The notes under the pieces are model-generated. The model worked only from the letters and a program-made list of their open reading frames with translations. It was not told where the DNA came from and did no database searches. Shown here piece by piece: positions 1 through 10,306 of a stretch of DNA of 64,000 nucleotides. Every line of letters begins with the position of its first letter. The first letter of the stretch is position 1. Made by a program: the position numbers and the translations under genes. The DNA comes from Minisyncoccota bacterium (GTDB taxonomy: Bacteria; Patescibacteriota; Minisyncoccia; Phycocordibacterales; CAIZLB01): NCBI GenBank assembly GCA_021734945.1, contig JAIPIA010000002.1, positions 45,594 to 109,593 on the forward strand, in the 5' to 3' direction.

Positions 1-73
1 AGTCCAGAAAATCTGGGCACGCCGCGAGCAACTCCGCATCAACCTCGATGCAGCAGTTTCTGCTTTCGGCGAC

Positions 74-493
74 TTGATCTGTGCCTACAACGTAGACGCA
101 GAACAATTCGGAGACAAGATGTCTGCTGAAATGCATCAGAAATACCAGCAGCAATTCAACACGGCGGCCAAGTCGATCAATGAACCCGGCGTCGAATATC
201 AGATCGCGAACAACCTGCTCCGCGGGCTGATTCAGGCAGAATTCCAGGAACAGGCAGTGGAAACCAACACAAAAGTGTTCGGCGTCCGCGAAGGGTTTGC
301 GATTGTTGGACGTCTCCACGACACCCGCAAGGACAACCACTCTCCCTACGACGACTATGCGGAGCATTACAGCAGGCTTCATGCAAGCGCAAAGCCTACA
401 GAAATGCTCCGCATCTTCATCACGTCCCCTTACGGAACAACAGTCCCCGCAGATTTGAAAACTTCACCGGAGACTTCGACTTCCGCAAGCTAG
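74..493 (+). CDS. Hypothetical protein in an atypically GC-rich segment. The reading frame is open back to the window edge (5' end possibly outside the window); an alternative ATG start at 119 has a GGAGA motif upstream.
   Basis: ORF is open from nt 2 with no stop. TTG at 74 and ATG at 119 are in frame. GC by eye about 50% versus about 35% elsewhere. Followed by a strong hairpin terminator. Confidence 0.4.
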   Translation: MICAYNVDAEQFGDKMSAEMHQKYQQQFNTAAKSINEPGVEYQIANNLLRGLIQAEFQEQAVETNTKVFGVREGFAIVGRLHDTRKDNHSPYDDYAEHYSRLHASAKPTEMLRIFITSPYGTTVPADLKTSPETSTSAS

Positions 494-523
494 TTGTTAA
501 AACCGAGCATTCAATTGCATGTA

Positions 524-558
524 AACCGCCACCCAGAAATCTGGGCGGCGGTTTTTCA
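524..558 (+). terminator. Rho-independent terminator (CCGCCACCCAGA ... TCTGGGCGGCGG stem plus T5)
   Basis: 12-bp GC-rich inverted repeat with one mismatch, followed by TTTTT. Confidence 0.7.
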
Positions 559-588
559 TTTCTATAAGCACCTCATAGAATTTCTCAA

Positions 589-951
589 TTACCCTAGCTT
601 GTGAATCGTAATCCCATTTCCTTCTGAATCTTGAATCTGTGCCATTTGGCAATTAGGAAACTTCATTGGTTCTGTTATAAATTTTACATTTGCACTCTTG
701 AGTTTTGCAATAGTCGCATCAAAATCTTCCACTTCAAAAGCAAGAGCTGGTCCCTGACCTGACGGCTCCCATCCATCCATTTTACCGAGACTTAAAGCAG
801 AGTCACCGATGATATATTCTGCCCAACTTTCGTTTGAAGCGTCAAACTCTGGGTTTGGCACAAGTTCAAATATTTCCTCATAAAACTTTTTTGCACGAGC
901 CATGTCTTTTACTGGGTAAGATACAAAGCCAATTGATTTAATATTAGTCAT
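589..951 (-). CDS. VOC / glyoxalase-bleomycin resistance family protein
   Basis: 120 aa, small beta-alpha-beta-beta-beta VOC-like sequence (FVSYPVKDMARAKKFYEEIF...). Family-level call by eye. Confidence 0.6.
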   Translation of the reverse strand: MTNIKSIGFVSYPVKDMARAKKFYEEIFELVPNPEFDASNESWAEYIIGDSALSLGKMDGWEPSGQGPALAFEVEDFDATIAKLKSANVKFITEPMKFPNCQMAQIQDSEGNGITIHKLG

Positions 952-986
952 ACTAAAAGTATATCAAAAAAATCCAACCTTGATAC

Positions 987-3704
987 TTACCTACTAAATA
1001 ATTTTCTCACCTCGTCGACAACAACCACACTCGCAGAAACAGCCACAACCACGAACCATTCATACAGACTCAAAGGCGTTGTTTTTAAAATATATTGTAA
1101 GGGAGCTGAGTACACTGCTAACAACTGTAATATGAGAATAACCACAGTAGACCAGATTAAATATATATTTGAAAATAATGGAATCTTAAATATCGAATGG
1201 TGCTCAGAGCGACAGCTCCATGCATTAAATAATTGGAACATTGCAAGTACAACAAGTGCCATTGTCGTAGCTTTTGCATAATCATCGAGATAAATAACAA
1301 AGACCGCTAATGTTCCCAACATCATAGTGAGTGATGTTATTACTATTCTAAATTGCATTGTTCGAGTAACCAAAGATTTAGTTTTTGAATCTGGTCTCTT
1401 TAATATATTTGAAGTTCCATTTGATGTAATAAAGTTCTGTTCCATTGCAAGTGCAAGTACCAAAAATCCATCAGTAACAAAGTTAAGCCAAATAATTTGA
1501 CTCGGTTGCAAGACTAATGGATACCCAGCAATAAGTGCTCCTACAATTATAAAAACTTCCGCAATACTTGTAGCTAATAAATATGTAATAACTTTTTTAA
1601 TACTGTGATAAATATATCTTCCCTCTTCTATAGCAGAAACTATACTCTTAAAGTTATCGTCCAAAAGAATAATATCAGCAGCTTCCTTAGCTACCTCAGT
1701 ACCTGTTTTACCCATAGCTATACCAAGATCTGCAGCAGCAAGCGAAAGAGCATCATTTACACCATCTCCAGTCATACCGATTACCATTCCAAGTGATCTA
1801 TATAGCTGGACAATTTTAAACTTATGTTCAGGTGTCACTCTGGCAAAGACTGTGACTTTTGGTAGTATCTCTCGGATTTTATCGTCAGTAAGTGAAGCAA
1901 GATCATCACCTGTTAATACAACATCTCCAGTTCTATATATTCCCGCTTTTTTAGCAATAGCTTTTGCTGTCTCAACATAATCTCCAGTAATCATTACGAT
2001 AGTAATACCTGCACCTTGTGCTTTTTGAACAGATTCAAAAATATTTTCACGAAGTGCATCACTAATACCTACCAATCCTACGAATATAAGCTCTGGTACC
2101 CTACCTACTTCTTCAGCATATTTTGGAGGATTCTTTTTGGTTGCGAGCGCAATAACACGAAGACCCTGCCCTGCCATTACCTGTATTGCATTCTCAATTT
2201 GTTCTTTATCACCAATAGTCATACTGCAATGAGTAGACCCTTTTAAATACTGCTCACTGTAACTCAAAATAACTTCTGGGGCCCCTGCTATTGCATAAAA
2301 TGTATCAGTTCCATCTTTGTGAATCACAGCGTGATATTTCGTATTAGAGGAAAACGCGACCTCTGCAAGCAATGGCATCTCACCAACGATCTCATCTTTG
2401 AGAAATCCTAGTTTTTGAGAAAATGCAGTAAGTGCTGATTCAGTTGGATCGCCTGAGACTCTTCTCCAAATCTGTTTAGCTTCATCAAATACAAGTGGTG
2501 AGTTAGAAACTAAAGCAGAAATCTTTCCAAGCATTAAAAGTTCATTATGCAATTTTGCATCTATAGTTGTACCCAAATTATCAGTAATCGTTCCTTTAGG
2601 TTCATATCCAACACCAGACACATCGTACATTGCATTACCTGTAAATACTTGTTGGATCATCATTTGATTCATAGTGAGCGTCCCGGTTTTATCAGTCGCA
2701 ATCACATCAGCATGGCCCAGCGCCTCTACGGCTTGTAGCTTTTTTACGAGTGCGTTTTTCTTACCCATTCTATACACCCCAGCAGCAAGAATTAAAGTTA
2801 CAGTAATCGGTAGTCCTTCCGGAATTGCTGAGACAGACATTGCAATAACTACAGAAATCATAGTTGCGATACTGTAACCCTTGAAGATTCCCACAGTAAA
2901 CGTAAAGGCACCTATTAGGAGCACGAGGATGATTATCCAACTTGATAATTTTTTTATACTTTCTTTAAGTGGAACTTCTGTATTAATAGTAGTGAGTTCT
3001 CCAGAAATATTTCCAATCACAGTATCCATTCCAACAGCAGTAACTACAGCCAAAGCTGAACCATTTTGAATGGTTGTTCCCTTAAAAAGCATGTTTCTTT
3101 GCTTGAAGGATTCAGTTGCCAGCTGTGCAGTCTCTTCAATTTTATCCAAAATCTTTCCAACAGGTTCGGATTCCCCTGTTAATGAAGACTCGTCAACAAG
3201 CAGATTTGTCATCTGTATAAGTCTTGTGTCGGCACCCACTTTATCACCTTCTCGAAGGACTATAATGTCGCCAACAACGAGTTCTGTGTCCGGTATTGAA
3301 TCCTCAATTCCATCTCGAATTACTGTCGATGTAGTTGTGGCAAAGCTTTTTAATGCAGCAAGAGTATCCTCAGCTTTTCCTTCTTGAATAGTACCTACGA
3401 TCGCATTTATAAAAAGCACAGCAAGAATAATGGATGCATCTATATATTCACCAAGAAAATAAACAATAATCGAAGCGACCAACAAAATATAAATAATTGA
3501 ACTTTGAAATTGTCGAAGAAAGATTGTAAATCTAGAGGTTTTAGGAGACTCGGGTAATACATTTGAACCATACTTTTGAGTACGAGCCAATAACTCACTA
3601 CTCGAAAGTCCATGTATTGAAGTCTGAAGGTCAGACATTACAGTCTGTATATCTTTTGTATACGCTTGAAGATAGCGCTCTGTATTATTTGAAATTTGTG
3701 TCAT
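987..3704 (-). CDS. Cation-transporting P-type ATPase (P2-type, Ca2+/Mg2+-like)
   Basis: 905 aa. TGES actuator motif, DKTGTLT phosphorylation motif, TGDGVNDA hinge motif, about 10 TM segments. Confidence 0.9.
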   Translation of the reverse strand: MTQISNNTERYLQAYTKDIQTVMSDLQTSIHGLSSSELLARTQKYGSNVLPESPKTSRFTIFLRQFQSSIIYILLVASIIVYFLGEYIDASIILAVLFINAIVGTIQEGKAEDTLAALKSFATTTSTVIRDGIEDSIPDTELVVGDIIVLREGDKVGADTRLIQMTNLLVDESSLTGESEPVGKILDKIEETAQLATESFKQRNMLFKGTTIQNGSALAVVTAVGMDTVIGNISGELTTINTEVPLKESIKKLSSWIIILVLLIGAFTFTVGIFKGYSIATMISVVIAMSVSAIPEGLPITVTLILAAGVYRMGKKNALVKKLQAVEALGHADVIATDKTGTLTMNQMMIQQVFTGNAMYDVSGVGYEPKGTITDNLGTTIDAKLHNELLMLGKISALVSNSPLVFDEAKQIWRRVSGDPTESALTAFSQKLGFLKDEIVGEMPLLAEVAFSSNTKYHAVIHKDGTDTFYAIAGAPEVILSYSEQYLKGSTHCSMTIGDKEQIENAIQVMAGQGLRVIALATKKNPPKYAEEVGRVPELIFVGLVGISDALRENIFESVQKAQGAGITIVMITGDYVETAKAIAKKAGIYRTGDVVLTGDDLASLTDDKIREILPKVTVFARVTPEHKFKIVQLYRSLGMVIGMTGDGVNDALSLAAADLGIAMGKTGTEVAKEAADIILLDDNFKSIVSAIEEGRYIYHSIKKVITYLLATSIAEVFIIVGALIAGYPLVLQPSQIIWLNFVTDGFLVLALAMEQNFITSNGTSNILKRPDSKTKSLVTRTMQFRIVITSLTMMLGTLAVFVIYLDDYAKATTMALVVLAMFQLFNAWSCRSEHHSIFKIPLFSNIYLIWSTVVILILQLLAVYSAPLQYILKTTPLSLYEWFVVVAVSASVVVVDEVRKLFSR

Positions 3705-3771
3705 TACACTAAATAATACTACATATTTAGATTTATTTTATCTTACCACCCACCACGACTCTAGCTCTGCT

Positions 3772-5748
3772 CTAAATAGAAAGGGCTTCTTCTAGCAAAC
3801 AGGTTCCAAGAACATGCATTTCAAGCATCGGTCTTGTTAGGGCTATATATAGTAAGTCCCGATAAATTTTTTGTTTTTCTTCTTTAAATTGGATGAATTC
3901 AGCTAATGAATTATTTGCTTTAAGAGACGCTTCAACAGTTACTTCAACTTCAGAATATTTTGATGGCAATTTGAACATATCTTTATGTACGCCAACTATA
4001 CAAACAATATCGAACTCTACACCTTGAGCTTCAGGTACAGTAAGAATTCTTAGGTTTTTATAGCTGGCAAGTTTCGAATCTTGTCTCAATTTACTTATGT
4101 AATCTTTATCAAAACTTAACACCCCCACACTTAAAGCTTCTGTCTCTGAACTATTTTTCATTAATAAATCCAAAATATATCTTGACGTTTCGTTTATGTT
4201 TTCTATACCACTCAATTCTCCGTTAGAGTTCTTGAAAACTTTTTCCACAACCTCTGGACCCTCTTTGAGTGAATCTGGGATTGTTACTTTAAAACCCAAA
4301 TTCTCAATATACCTAAGAATTTGTTTAGTATTTCGATATACCTTATAAAGCATAATTTGTCGCTCTGTGGAAATCGTCTCACCAAAATCTTGCCATGTTT
4401 TGACAGTTCCATGATGAATTTTTTGGGACATATCTCCTACATAGATTATTGAGTGAGTTTCTTCCCTCAGGCATGATTTAAAAAGACTCAACTGTTCAGG
4501 TAAATAGTTTTGAAATTCGTCTACTACAACCAGTGAATAATTTAAAACATCTGTGTGAGTATGTCGGACAATTTTTCCAAAACGCATTACTCTATTTGAT
4601 TCAGTCTCTATTTGCAGGCTCTTTTTATGCTTTCTAAATATCATCAATGCAATAGTGGCGTCTATTCTGTCAATCACTCGGTCTTTACTTTGTCTCGCAA
4701 AAGAACTGATCAGCGTTTCCATTCCAGATTTTTCATATAGTTTCTCTAAAGTTTGAAATATATTTTTATTCCACATTATTTCAACTCCATCTATTTTGAG
4801 AGAGCCCTCACTCACCACAATCTTACTTTTCAATATCAATTTTTCCAATTCACATTCAGTATTTTGGACAAAAGTAACTTGTTCCAATTTTAAAATATCA
4901 CCTGCCCACTCAAAAAACGTTGTTATTTTTACATTATTGATTCCAAGTTCAGGAAGTAAATGTGAAAAATATTCCTTTGTACCAGCGTCCTGTACAAATA
5001 CAAGAATTGAGTGACTTGGATACAGTTCAGCGTGTTCAGGTGCTTGTACAAGGTATGCAACACGATGCAAGGCGAGAGTTGTTTTACCAGAACCTGCAGG
5101 TCCTGCGATGGCAAACGGTCCAAAATGTGAAGCACGAATAACATCATCTTGAGCCTTTTCCATTACTTCAACAATTTCAGGTAGCATAAAAGCACCTTTC
5201 TTTAGAGAAAAGTGTTCTTGGTAAATAAGCTCACGAGGATGAGTTAATGACTCATGACTATAAAACATTACATTTCCATCAACAATCATATACTGCTCTT
5301 TTTCGTGTAGAGTAATTTCCTTTATCTTTCCATTTGGAAGTTTGAAAGAGGTTTCTCCGGGATTTGCAAAACGAACGACAGCAATAGGAGCAATCCACGA
5401 GTAGATTCCTTGCTCCGATAATTCATATTTTCCAAAATAAATTTCTTTAACTGCTTGATGTCGTACATCTATAGTTTTGTGTGCAATTGCACATTTGAAG
5501 AAAAATGGAGATTTAGCGATTGATTGCAACTCTTTGTATCGCACTATAGCCTGAGCTCTCAGCATCAACGCATGCTCTCGCTCACCTTTTCTTATACGTG
5601 AAATATCTGCTTCTGATTGAAGTGCTGTCCTACCTACCCTTTCGAGTTCAGAACCAATTACTATTTTTACATTTCCGATTCTCGCTTTTAAATTTTGAAG
5701 TAATTCCTCTTTTGATATGTTCATTTGATTTAGCTCAATGTTACGCAA
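3772..5748 (-). CDS. UvrD/Rep-superfamily (HelD-like) DNA helicase
   Basis: Walker A AGPAGSGKTT, DExx-like VVVDEFQNY, long N-terminal extension as in helicase IV / HelD. Confidence 0.6.
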   Translation of the reverse strand: MRNIELNQMNISKEELLQNLKARIGNVKIVIGSELERVGRTALQSEADISRIRKGEREHALMLRAQAIVRYKELQSIAKSPFFFKCAIAHKTIDVRHQAVKEIYFGKYELSEQGIYSWIAPIAVVRFANPGETSFKLPNGKIKEITLHEKEQYMIVDGNVMFYSHESLTHPRELIYQEHFSLKKGAFMLPEIVEVMEKAQDDVIRASHFGPFAIAGPAGSGKTTLALHRVAYLVQAPEHAELYPSHSILVFVQDAGTKEYFSHLLPELGINNVKITTFFEWAGDILKLEQVTFVQNTECELEKLILKSKIVVSEGSLKIDGVEIMWNKNIFQTLEKLYEKSGMETLISSFARQSKDRVIDRIDATIALMIFRKHKKSLQIETESNRVMRFGKIVRHTHTDVLNYSLVVVDEFQNYLPEQLSLFKSCLREETHSIIYVGDMSQKIHHGTVKTWQDFGETISTERQIMLYKVYRNTKQILRYIENLGFKVTIPDSLKEGPEVVEKVFKNSNGELSGIENINETSRYILDLLMKNSSETEALSVGVLSFDKDYISKLRQDSKLASYKNLRILTVPEAQGVEFDIVCIVGVHKDMFKLPSKYSEVEVTVEASLKANNSLAEFIQFKEEKQKIYRDLLYIALTRPMLEMHVLGTCLLEEALSI

Positions 5749-5887
5749 TTATGCATGTATATAAATAATGATATATCGTGACCCAGTAGGGCTCATGATA
5801 ATTTTATTTATTTAATTTGAGTAGAGTCGCTTCCTGCAGGATAGCAGTCTCACGGAAACCGATGCAAAATCAATATGAGGAAATCTG

Positions 5888-6292
5888 TTACTTGGCAGTA
5901 TAACCTAGAAGTTTTTGTATAGCAACCACGGACGGACCCTTGATTACCTCTTCATGGTCAACTTCAAATAGCTTCAACAATCTCTCCAAACCCTCTTCTG
6001 TCTCAGACTTGAACTCAATAGTAAAATAGCCATTTTCTACATCTTCGAGGTCTATACCATCTTCTCCTATAAAATATTGCCAACCCTTTCTGGAAAAATC
6101 GTATGAGAAATCAAACGTGTCAGCATAATTTTTATTTATAAAATCTCTAGCCTCTTCCTCTGAATCAAACTGCTCTTTTACTGGGATTATGGATTGTTTA
6201 CCAACCCCTTTGAGCTCTGTATTTTTAATAGCAACAATGTATTGTTTTTCATTCCAAATATTTATAGGAACATGTCGAAGTCTCAAAAACAC
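5888..6292 (-). CDS. Hypothetical protein (GTG start)
   Basis: 134-aa ORF. The upstream in-frame extension contains no canonical start codon. Confidence 0.35.
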   Translation of the reverse strand: MFLRLRHVPINIWNEKQYIVAIKNTELKGVGKQSIIPVKEQFDSEEEARDFINKNYADTFDFSYDFSRKGWQYFIGEDGIDLEDVENGYFTIEFKSETEEGLERLLKLFEVDHEEVIKGPSVVAIQKLLGYTAK

Positions 6293-6464
6293 TTCACCTA
6301 TAGTAAGTGACGGGTCTTTGGGTGCGTAAATGTAATCTCGTATATCATACTCACCTTTAAATTCAGCCTGCTGTTCTACGAGAATCTTTTTAGCTTTATC
6401 TAGACTTTTTGTAAATATTCATGCGTCGTACATTTACCAAAGTGTATCAAACAAGAGAGCAAAG

Positions 6465-6498
6465 AAAAAGCCCAGACACCATAGTCTGGACTTTTTCT
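6465..6498 (-). terminator. Hairpin terminator (CCAGAC...GTCTGG plus T-run), bidirectional in appearance
   Basis: Inverted repeat followed by TTTTT. Lies downstream of the SWIB-domain gene. Confidence 0.55.
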
Positions 6499-6548
6499 TA
6501 AATACCCTTTCAAGGATGGATATTTACTGACTACTATCTTTTGGAATA

Positions 6549-6806
6549 TTAACTAAGCTGCTTTGAAACGAGACTTGTGAGCTCGAACATTGTAACTTCT
6601 TTCTTTCCTGCGAAAATCTTAGCGAGCTTTTCATCAGCAAAAATGTTTCGCTTGTTCTTTGGGTTCTGTAGATCTTTTGACTTGATATAATCCCAGATCT
6701 TTTTAACTACTTCTCCTCGTGGGTATGGACCCTTTCCGATAATGTCCGCTAAGTCCGCACTGAGGTTCATTGGTTTCATTAAAGCTGCGTTTACCTTCTT
6801 TGCCAT
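6549..6806 (-). CDS. SWIB/MDM2-domain protein
   Basis: 85 aa. Strong resemblance to the SWIB domain consensus (LSADLADIIGKGPYPRGEVVKKIWDYIKSKDLQNPKNKRNIFADEKLAKIFAGKKEVTMFELTSLVSKQL). Confidence 0.7.
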   Translation of the reverse strand: MAKKVNAALMKPMNLSADLADIIGKGPYPRGEVVKKIWDYIKSKDLQNPKNKRNIFADEKLAKIFAGKKEVTMFELTSLVSKQLS

Positions 6807-7004
6807 ATATTTGTTTTATTATGTCTATTTAATGTATAACACTGTATCCATAGTTTCTTAGTATAAACTTAGGGTGGTCAATTTGTAGATATACTGCAAA
6901 TACTCCCTAATTTATCCCCAAACGAAACTTACCTAGGTATTCTACCATTTATATAGTTTTATGCCTAGGTAGGTCAGTGTTCCGTCCGAAAATGAATATC
7001 AGGA

Positions 7005-7400
7005 TTAGTCTTCTATTTCTCTCCATTGACCATTCTCGAACTCAGCAACATTTGATTTAGGACCTCCGCATGCACGACCATCCTTACCATAATAAGTAAT
7101 ATCAATACCTGTGCCAGCACGTTGAAATCCACCAGAATGTACACCGTCTCGAACATATGTATATTCATTTGTATCTCCAACTGATTCTCCTAAGACAGTT
7201 ACTTCGAGGGCGTACAAGCCCTTCTCATCAGACTCTTCAATAGTAATACTTATTTCCTTACCTTCAGTAGCCTCTTGCCTACTAGATAGTTTTCTAATAA
7301 TACTTCCAATAAGTCCAAAAACCTCTTCTGTTGTCGGAATTTTTTCAGGCCCTGCTTCGTGTGGATTAGACATAAATACAAGTATATCAGATGCCGTCAT
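7005..7400 (-). CDS. Hypothetical protein
   Basis: 131-aa ORF, no recognisable motif. Confidence 0.35.
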   Translation of the reverse strand: MTASDILVFMSNPHEAGPEKIPTTEEVFGLIGSIIRKLSSRQEATEGKEISITIEESDEKGLYALEVTVLGESVGDTNEYTYVRDGVHSGGFQRAGTGIDITYYGKDGRACGGPKSNVAEFENGQWREIED

Positions 7401-7425
7401 CAGAACTCATACTATCCCTTCGCGT

Positions 7426-8031
7426 CTATATCTTCCCCTCCGCCTGCCACACCTTCACAGACTCTACTGGGTGCACAAGCATGAGTACATTAAGAGTAAG
7501 GTTATCTCTCACCCAAAACAAACATCCAACCTCAAACGCCACAATTAACAATATAGTCATCCAAACTTTTGCATATCGAGCGATTATAAATCCTACAATA
7601 ACCATACCAATGTCACTTACGGAATTCAAAACACTGTCTCCAACGTATCCTTGTGCAATAGTCGCCTCTCTATATCGGTTGATGATGATTGGTGAATTTT
7701 CAAGAAGTTCCCAACCAGCTTCAAGTAAGATTGCTCCAAGGTATCTATACTTCATGACAAATCGTGGCAGGTTAAACTTCACAGCAATCAACCATAGAAA
7801 ACCATAAAAAAGCATCCCGTGAATAATATGTGAAAATGAGTAAGCATCAGCAACTCGCTGAGAATTTTCACTACCCCATATATCTCCATCCCACCAACCG
7901 AATTTGCCATCAGGGCCTAGGAGTGACCTTCCTGTTGAAAGCTCAATGAGTCCAGTGGCTCCACAGACTATAATAGTACTGATAATAACAAAACGGTGTT
8001 TCTTGAGAAATAATTTGATTGTTTCTAACAT
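7426..8031 (-). CDS. Integral membrane protein (possibly DUF2585-like)
   Basis: 201 aa, multiple hydrophobic helices. The family guess is weak. Confidence 0.4.
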   Translation of the reverse strand: MLETIKLFLKKHRFVIISTIIVCGATGLIELSTGRSLLGPDGKFGWWDGDIWGSENSQRVADAYSFSHIIHGMLFYGFLWLIAVKFNLPRFVMKYRYLGAILLEAGWELLENSPIIINRYREATIAQGYVGDSVLNSVSDIGMVIVGFIIARYAKVWMTILLIVAFEVGCLFWVRDNLTLNVLMLVHPVESVKVWQAEGKI

Positions 8032-8297
8032 GTATTAATTATACCAGACAAGTCAGAAGTAAATCCTTAATAAACCCTAATTATTTGATTTATTTCAACC
8101 TTCATATATTCTTCACAATTATAGGTAGATAATGTGTATACTCTTACTAATAACCTACGGAACAGCCACGCAGGTCGAGCCAAATAGGACGGAGGCTCGA
8201 CACGATTCCGCAGAATCGGACATCGTGCAGTGCCAAGCACCAACTTGAGGTTCGTACCGAGTATGACCTTGCTAGGTCACATAATTTACAAAATCAT

Positions 8298-8960
8298 ATG
8301 AAAATACTCATTGTGGAAGATGAAATAAAGTTAAATAAAGCACTTGCTGTAGGTCTGCAGAACCATGGCTATGCTGTTGAATCAGCATTTGATGGAGAAG
8401 AGGGTGAGAAACTCGCCCGTATCAACACGTACGACTTAATATTGCTCGACGTTATGATGCCTAAACGAGATGGAGTTGAGGTATGCAAAAATCTGCGTAA
8501 AGCTGGCAAAACTACGCCTATACTTATGCTAACTGCCAAAGATGCAATCGAAGACCGAGTCAATGGACTCGATGCTGGCGCAGATGATTATCTCATTAAA
8601 CCGTTTGCTTTTGAGGAACTCATCGCTCGCGTTCGCACCCTATTTAGACGAGCACCACTCACATCAACTGATGTGCTTGAATTGGATGATCTTCATCTCG
8701 ACACAAGAACACAGCGAGTTACAATAAGTACAAAAGAAGTAGAACTTACTCTTCGTGAATATGCACTGCTCGAATATTTTTTGAGAAATAAAGATACAGT
8801 ACTTACACGTGGAGACCTACTTGAACATGTATGGGATATCAACTATGATTCACTCAGTAATGTAGTCGATGTACACCTTAAAAATCTAAGAAAAAAATTA
8901 CCGAAAAAATATGCATCGAGAATCAAAACAATTTGGGGTAAAGGCTACAAACTCGTTTAA
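8298..8960 (+). CDS. OmpR-family two-component response regulator
   Basis: Receiver domain (LLDVMMPKRDG, phospho-Asp context) plus winged-helix C-terminus (TLREYALLEYFLRN...GYKL). Confidence 0.9.
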   Translation: MKILIVEDEIKLNKALAVGLQNHGYAVESAFDGEEGEKLARINTYDLILLDVMMPKRDGVEVCKNLRKAGKTTPILMLTAKDAIEDRVNGLDAGADDYLIKPFAFEELIARVRTLFRRAPLTSTDVLELDDLHLDTRTQRVTISTKEVELTLREYALLEYFLRNKDTVLTRGDLLEHVWDINYDSLSNVVDVHLKNLRKKLPKKYASRIKTIWGKGYKLV

Positions 8961-10101
8961 AAGGAGTTTTAACCAATCCCTCTTAAAGTTATCCTTTTTA
9001 TATGGAACAATATTAGTAGCCATACTTTTTATTTCTGGCTTAGTAACGTTCGATGAATTTTCGAGTAGAATCGGCAGACGATTTAAAGATGTCCCACCGA
9101 CTATTACTATCCAACTTCCAAACGGTGACCGCATTGTAAATAGACCTACAGGAGTAAGTTCACAACAATTCTCAGTGAGTACAAGTGGCATACAGTTTTT
9201 TGCAACACAGACAAGCGGGCAATTTCCGTTAAGGGCGGTGCCTGAGAGAAACAGAGGTCAATTGCCGACAGCTGAGGATATTCGAAACGACCTTATTGCA
9301 GCTCTTATATTTGTAAATGGAATACTACTTTTAGTTGCAAGTGTTGCAAGTTATTGGCTTGCACGTAGCACTCTCCGTCCAATACGCGACTCGTATGAAA
9401 GACAACGACGCTTTTTAGGAGATGCTTCACACGAACTGCGTACACCACTCAGCATCTTACAAATCGAGCTCGAAAACGAAATGCATAATGCAGATGAAAA
9501 ACAAAAAGAGCAAATCACTAGTAAGCTTGAAGAAGTTAGACGTATGAGTAAACTTGTAGGAGATCTTTTGACGATATCAAGACTCGATGAAGACAAACAG
9601 ACTAGACCGAATCAAAAGAAAAATATTGATACCAAAAAATTTGGAGAACTGGTGGGCAGTATAACTGACCGTCTATCTACGCTAGCAAAGTCACACAATG
9701 TAACTCTGACACTTCACAACAAGATTTCCGAACAAAGTAAGCTACTAATTCCACTTGATGAGGAACTCTTTACTCACGCGATCACAAATTTAATTCAAAA
9801 TGCAATCTTTTACAATAAAAAAGATGGAACAGTTGATGTCACTATAATCGATGAGAGTAAAAAAATTAGTATTGAAATTAAAGATTCAGGTATAGGTATA
9901 AGTAAGGAAGATCTAGAAAAGATATTCGACCGCTTTTATCAAGCAGACAAAAGTCGTACTAGAAAAAATACGCCAAATGAAGGTAGTGGTCTTGGACTAT
10001 CTATCGCAAAATCTGCCTTACTCTATATGGGTGGAAATCTCGAAATCAAAAGTGAGCTCAATATTGGCACGACAGTTCAAGTTAAAATTAAGACCGTCTA
10101 A
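8911..10101 (+). CDS. Sensor histidine kinase (HisKA plus HATPase_c)
   Basis: H-box ASHELRTPLSIL. N/G boxes (NLIQNAIFYN, GSGLGLSIAKS). N-terminal TM segment. Overlaps the response regulator gene by 50 bp, so the true start may be downstream. Confidence 0.85.
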   Translation: MHRESKQFGVKATNSFKRSFNQSLLKLSFLYGTILVAILFISGLVTFDEFSSRIGRRFKDVPPTITIQLPNGDRIVNRPTGVSSQQFSVSTSGIQFFATQTSGQFPLRAVPERNRGQLPTAEDIRNDLIAALIFVNGILLLVASVASYWLARSTLRPIRDSYERQRRFLGDASHELRTPLSILQIELENEMHNADEKQKEQITSKLEEVRRMSKLVGDLLTISRLDEDKQTRPNQKKNIDTKKFGELVGSITDRLSTLAKSHNVTLTLHNKISEQSKLLIPLDEELFTHAITNLIQNAIFYNKKDGTVDVTIIDESKKISIEIKDSGIGISKEDLEKIFDRFYQADKSRTRKNTPNEGSGLGLSIAKSALLYMGGNLEIKSELNIGTTVQVKIKTV

Positions 10102-10306
10102 CTTCATTGCTTGTATTTCAAATTAAGCGCCTCACCTTCACAGTTAATTCATAATCAATTTACTATACTCTACTTACAGTCTACATATGAGATTGTAAAT
10201 TACTCATTAACGTACATATAGAAATTTGTTCAAACCAAACTGTGAAATACGATATTTTAAAATATCTTAAAAATCGCAGTTTAGTTTACGCAGTTTCACA
10301 AATAAA

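Noticed and set aside
1605-3387. Several + strand ORFs (63-105 aa) antisense to the P-type ATPase gene
   Set aside because: Embedded in a long, well-supported minus-strand gene. Typical shadow ORFs.
8120-8295. Possible tRNA, SRP RNA or tmRNA in the GC-rich spacer
   Set aside because: No cloverleaf, no GGTTCGAATCC T-loop, and no SRP domain IV or tmRNA tag motifs found on either strand. Kept only as an unclassified structured element.
10210-10306. TGTGA ... TCACA motifs upstream of the secreted-protein gene (CRP/FNR-like site?)
   Set aside because: Half-sites are about 45 bp apart, not the 6-bp spacing of CRP/FNR boxes. More likely direct repeats in a promoter region.
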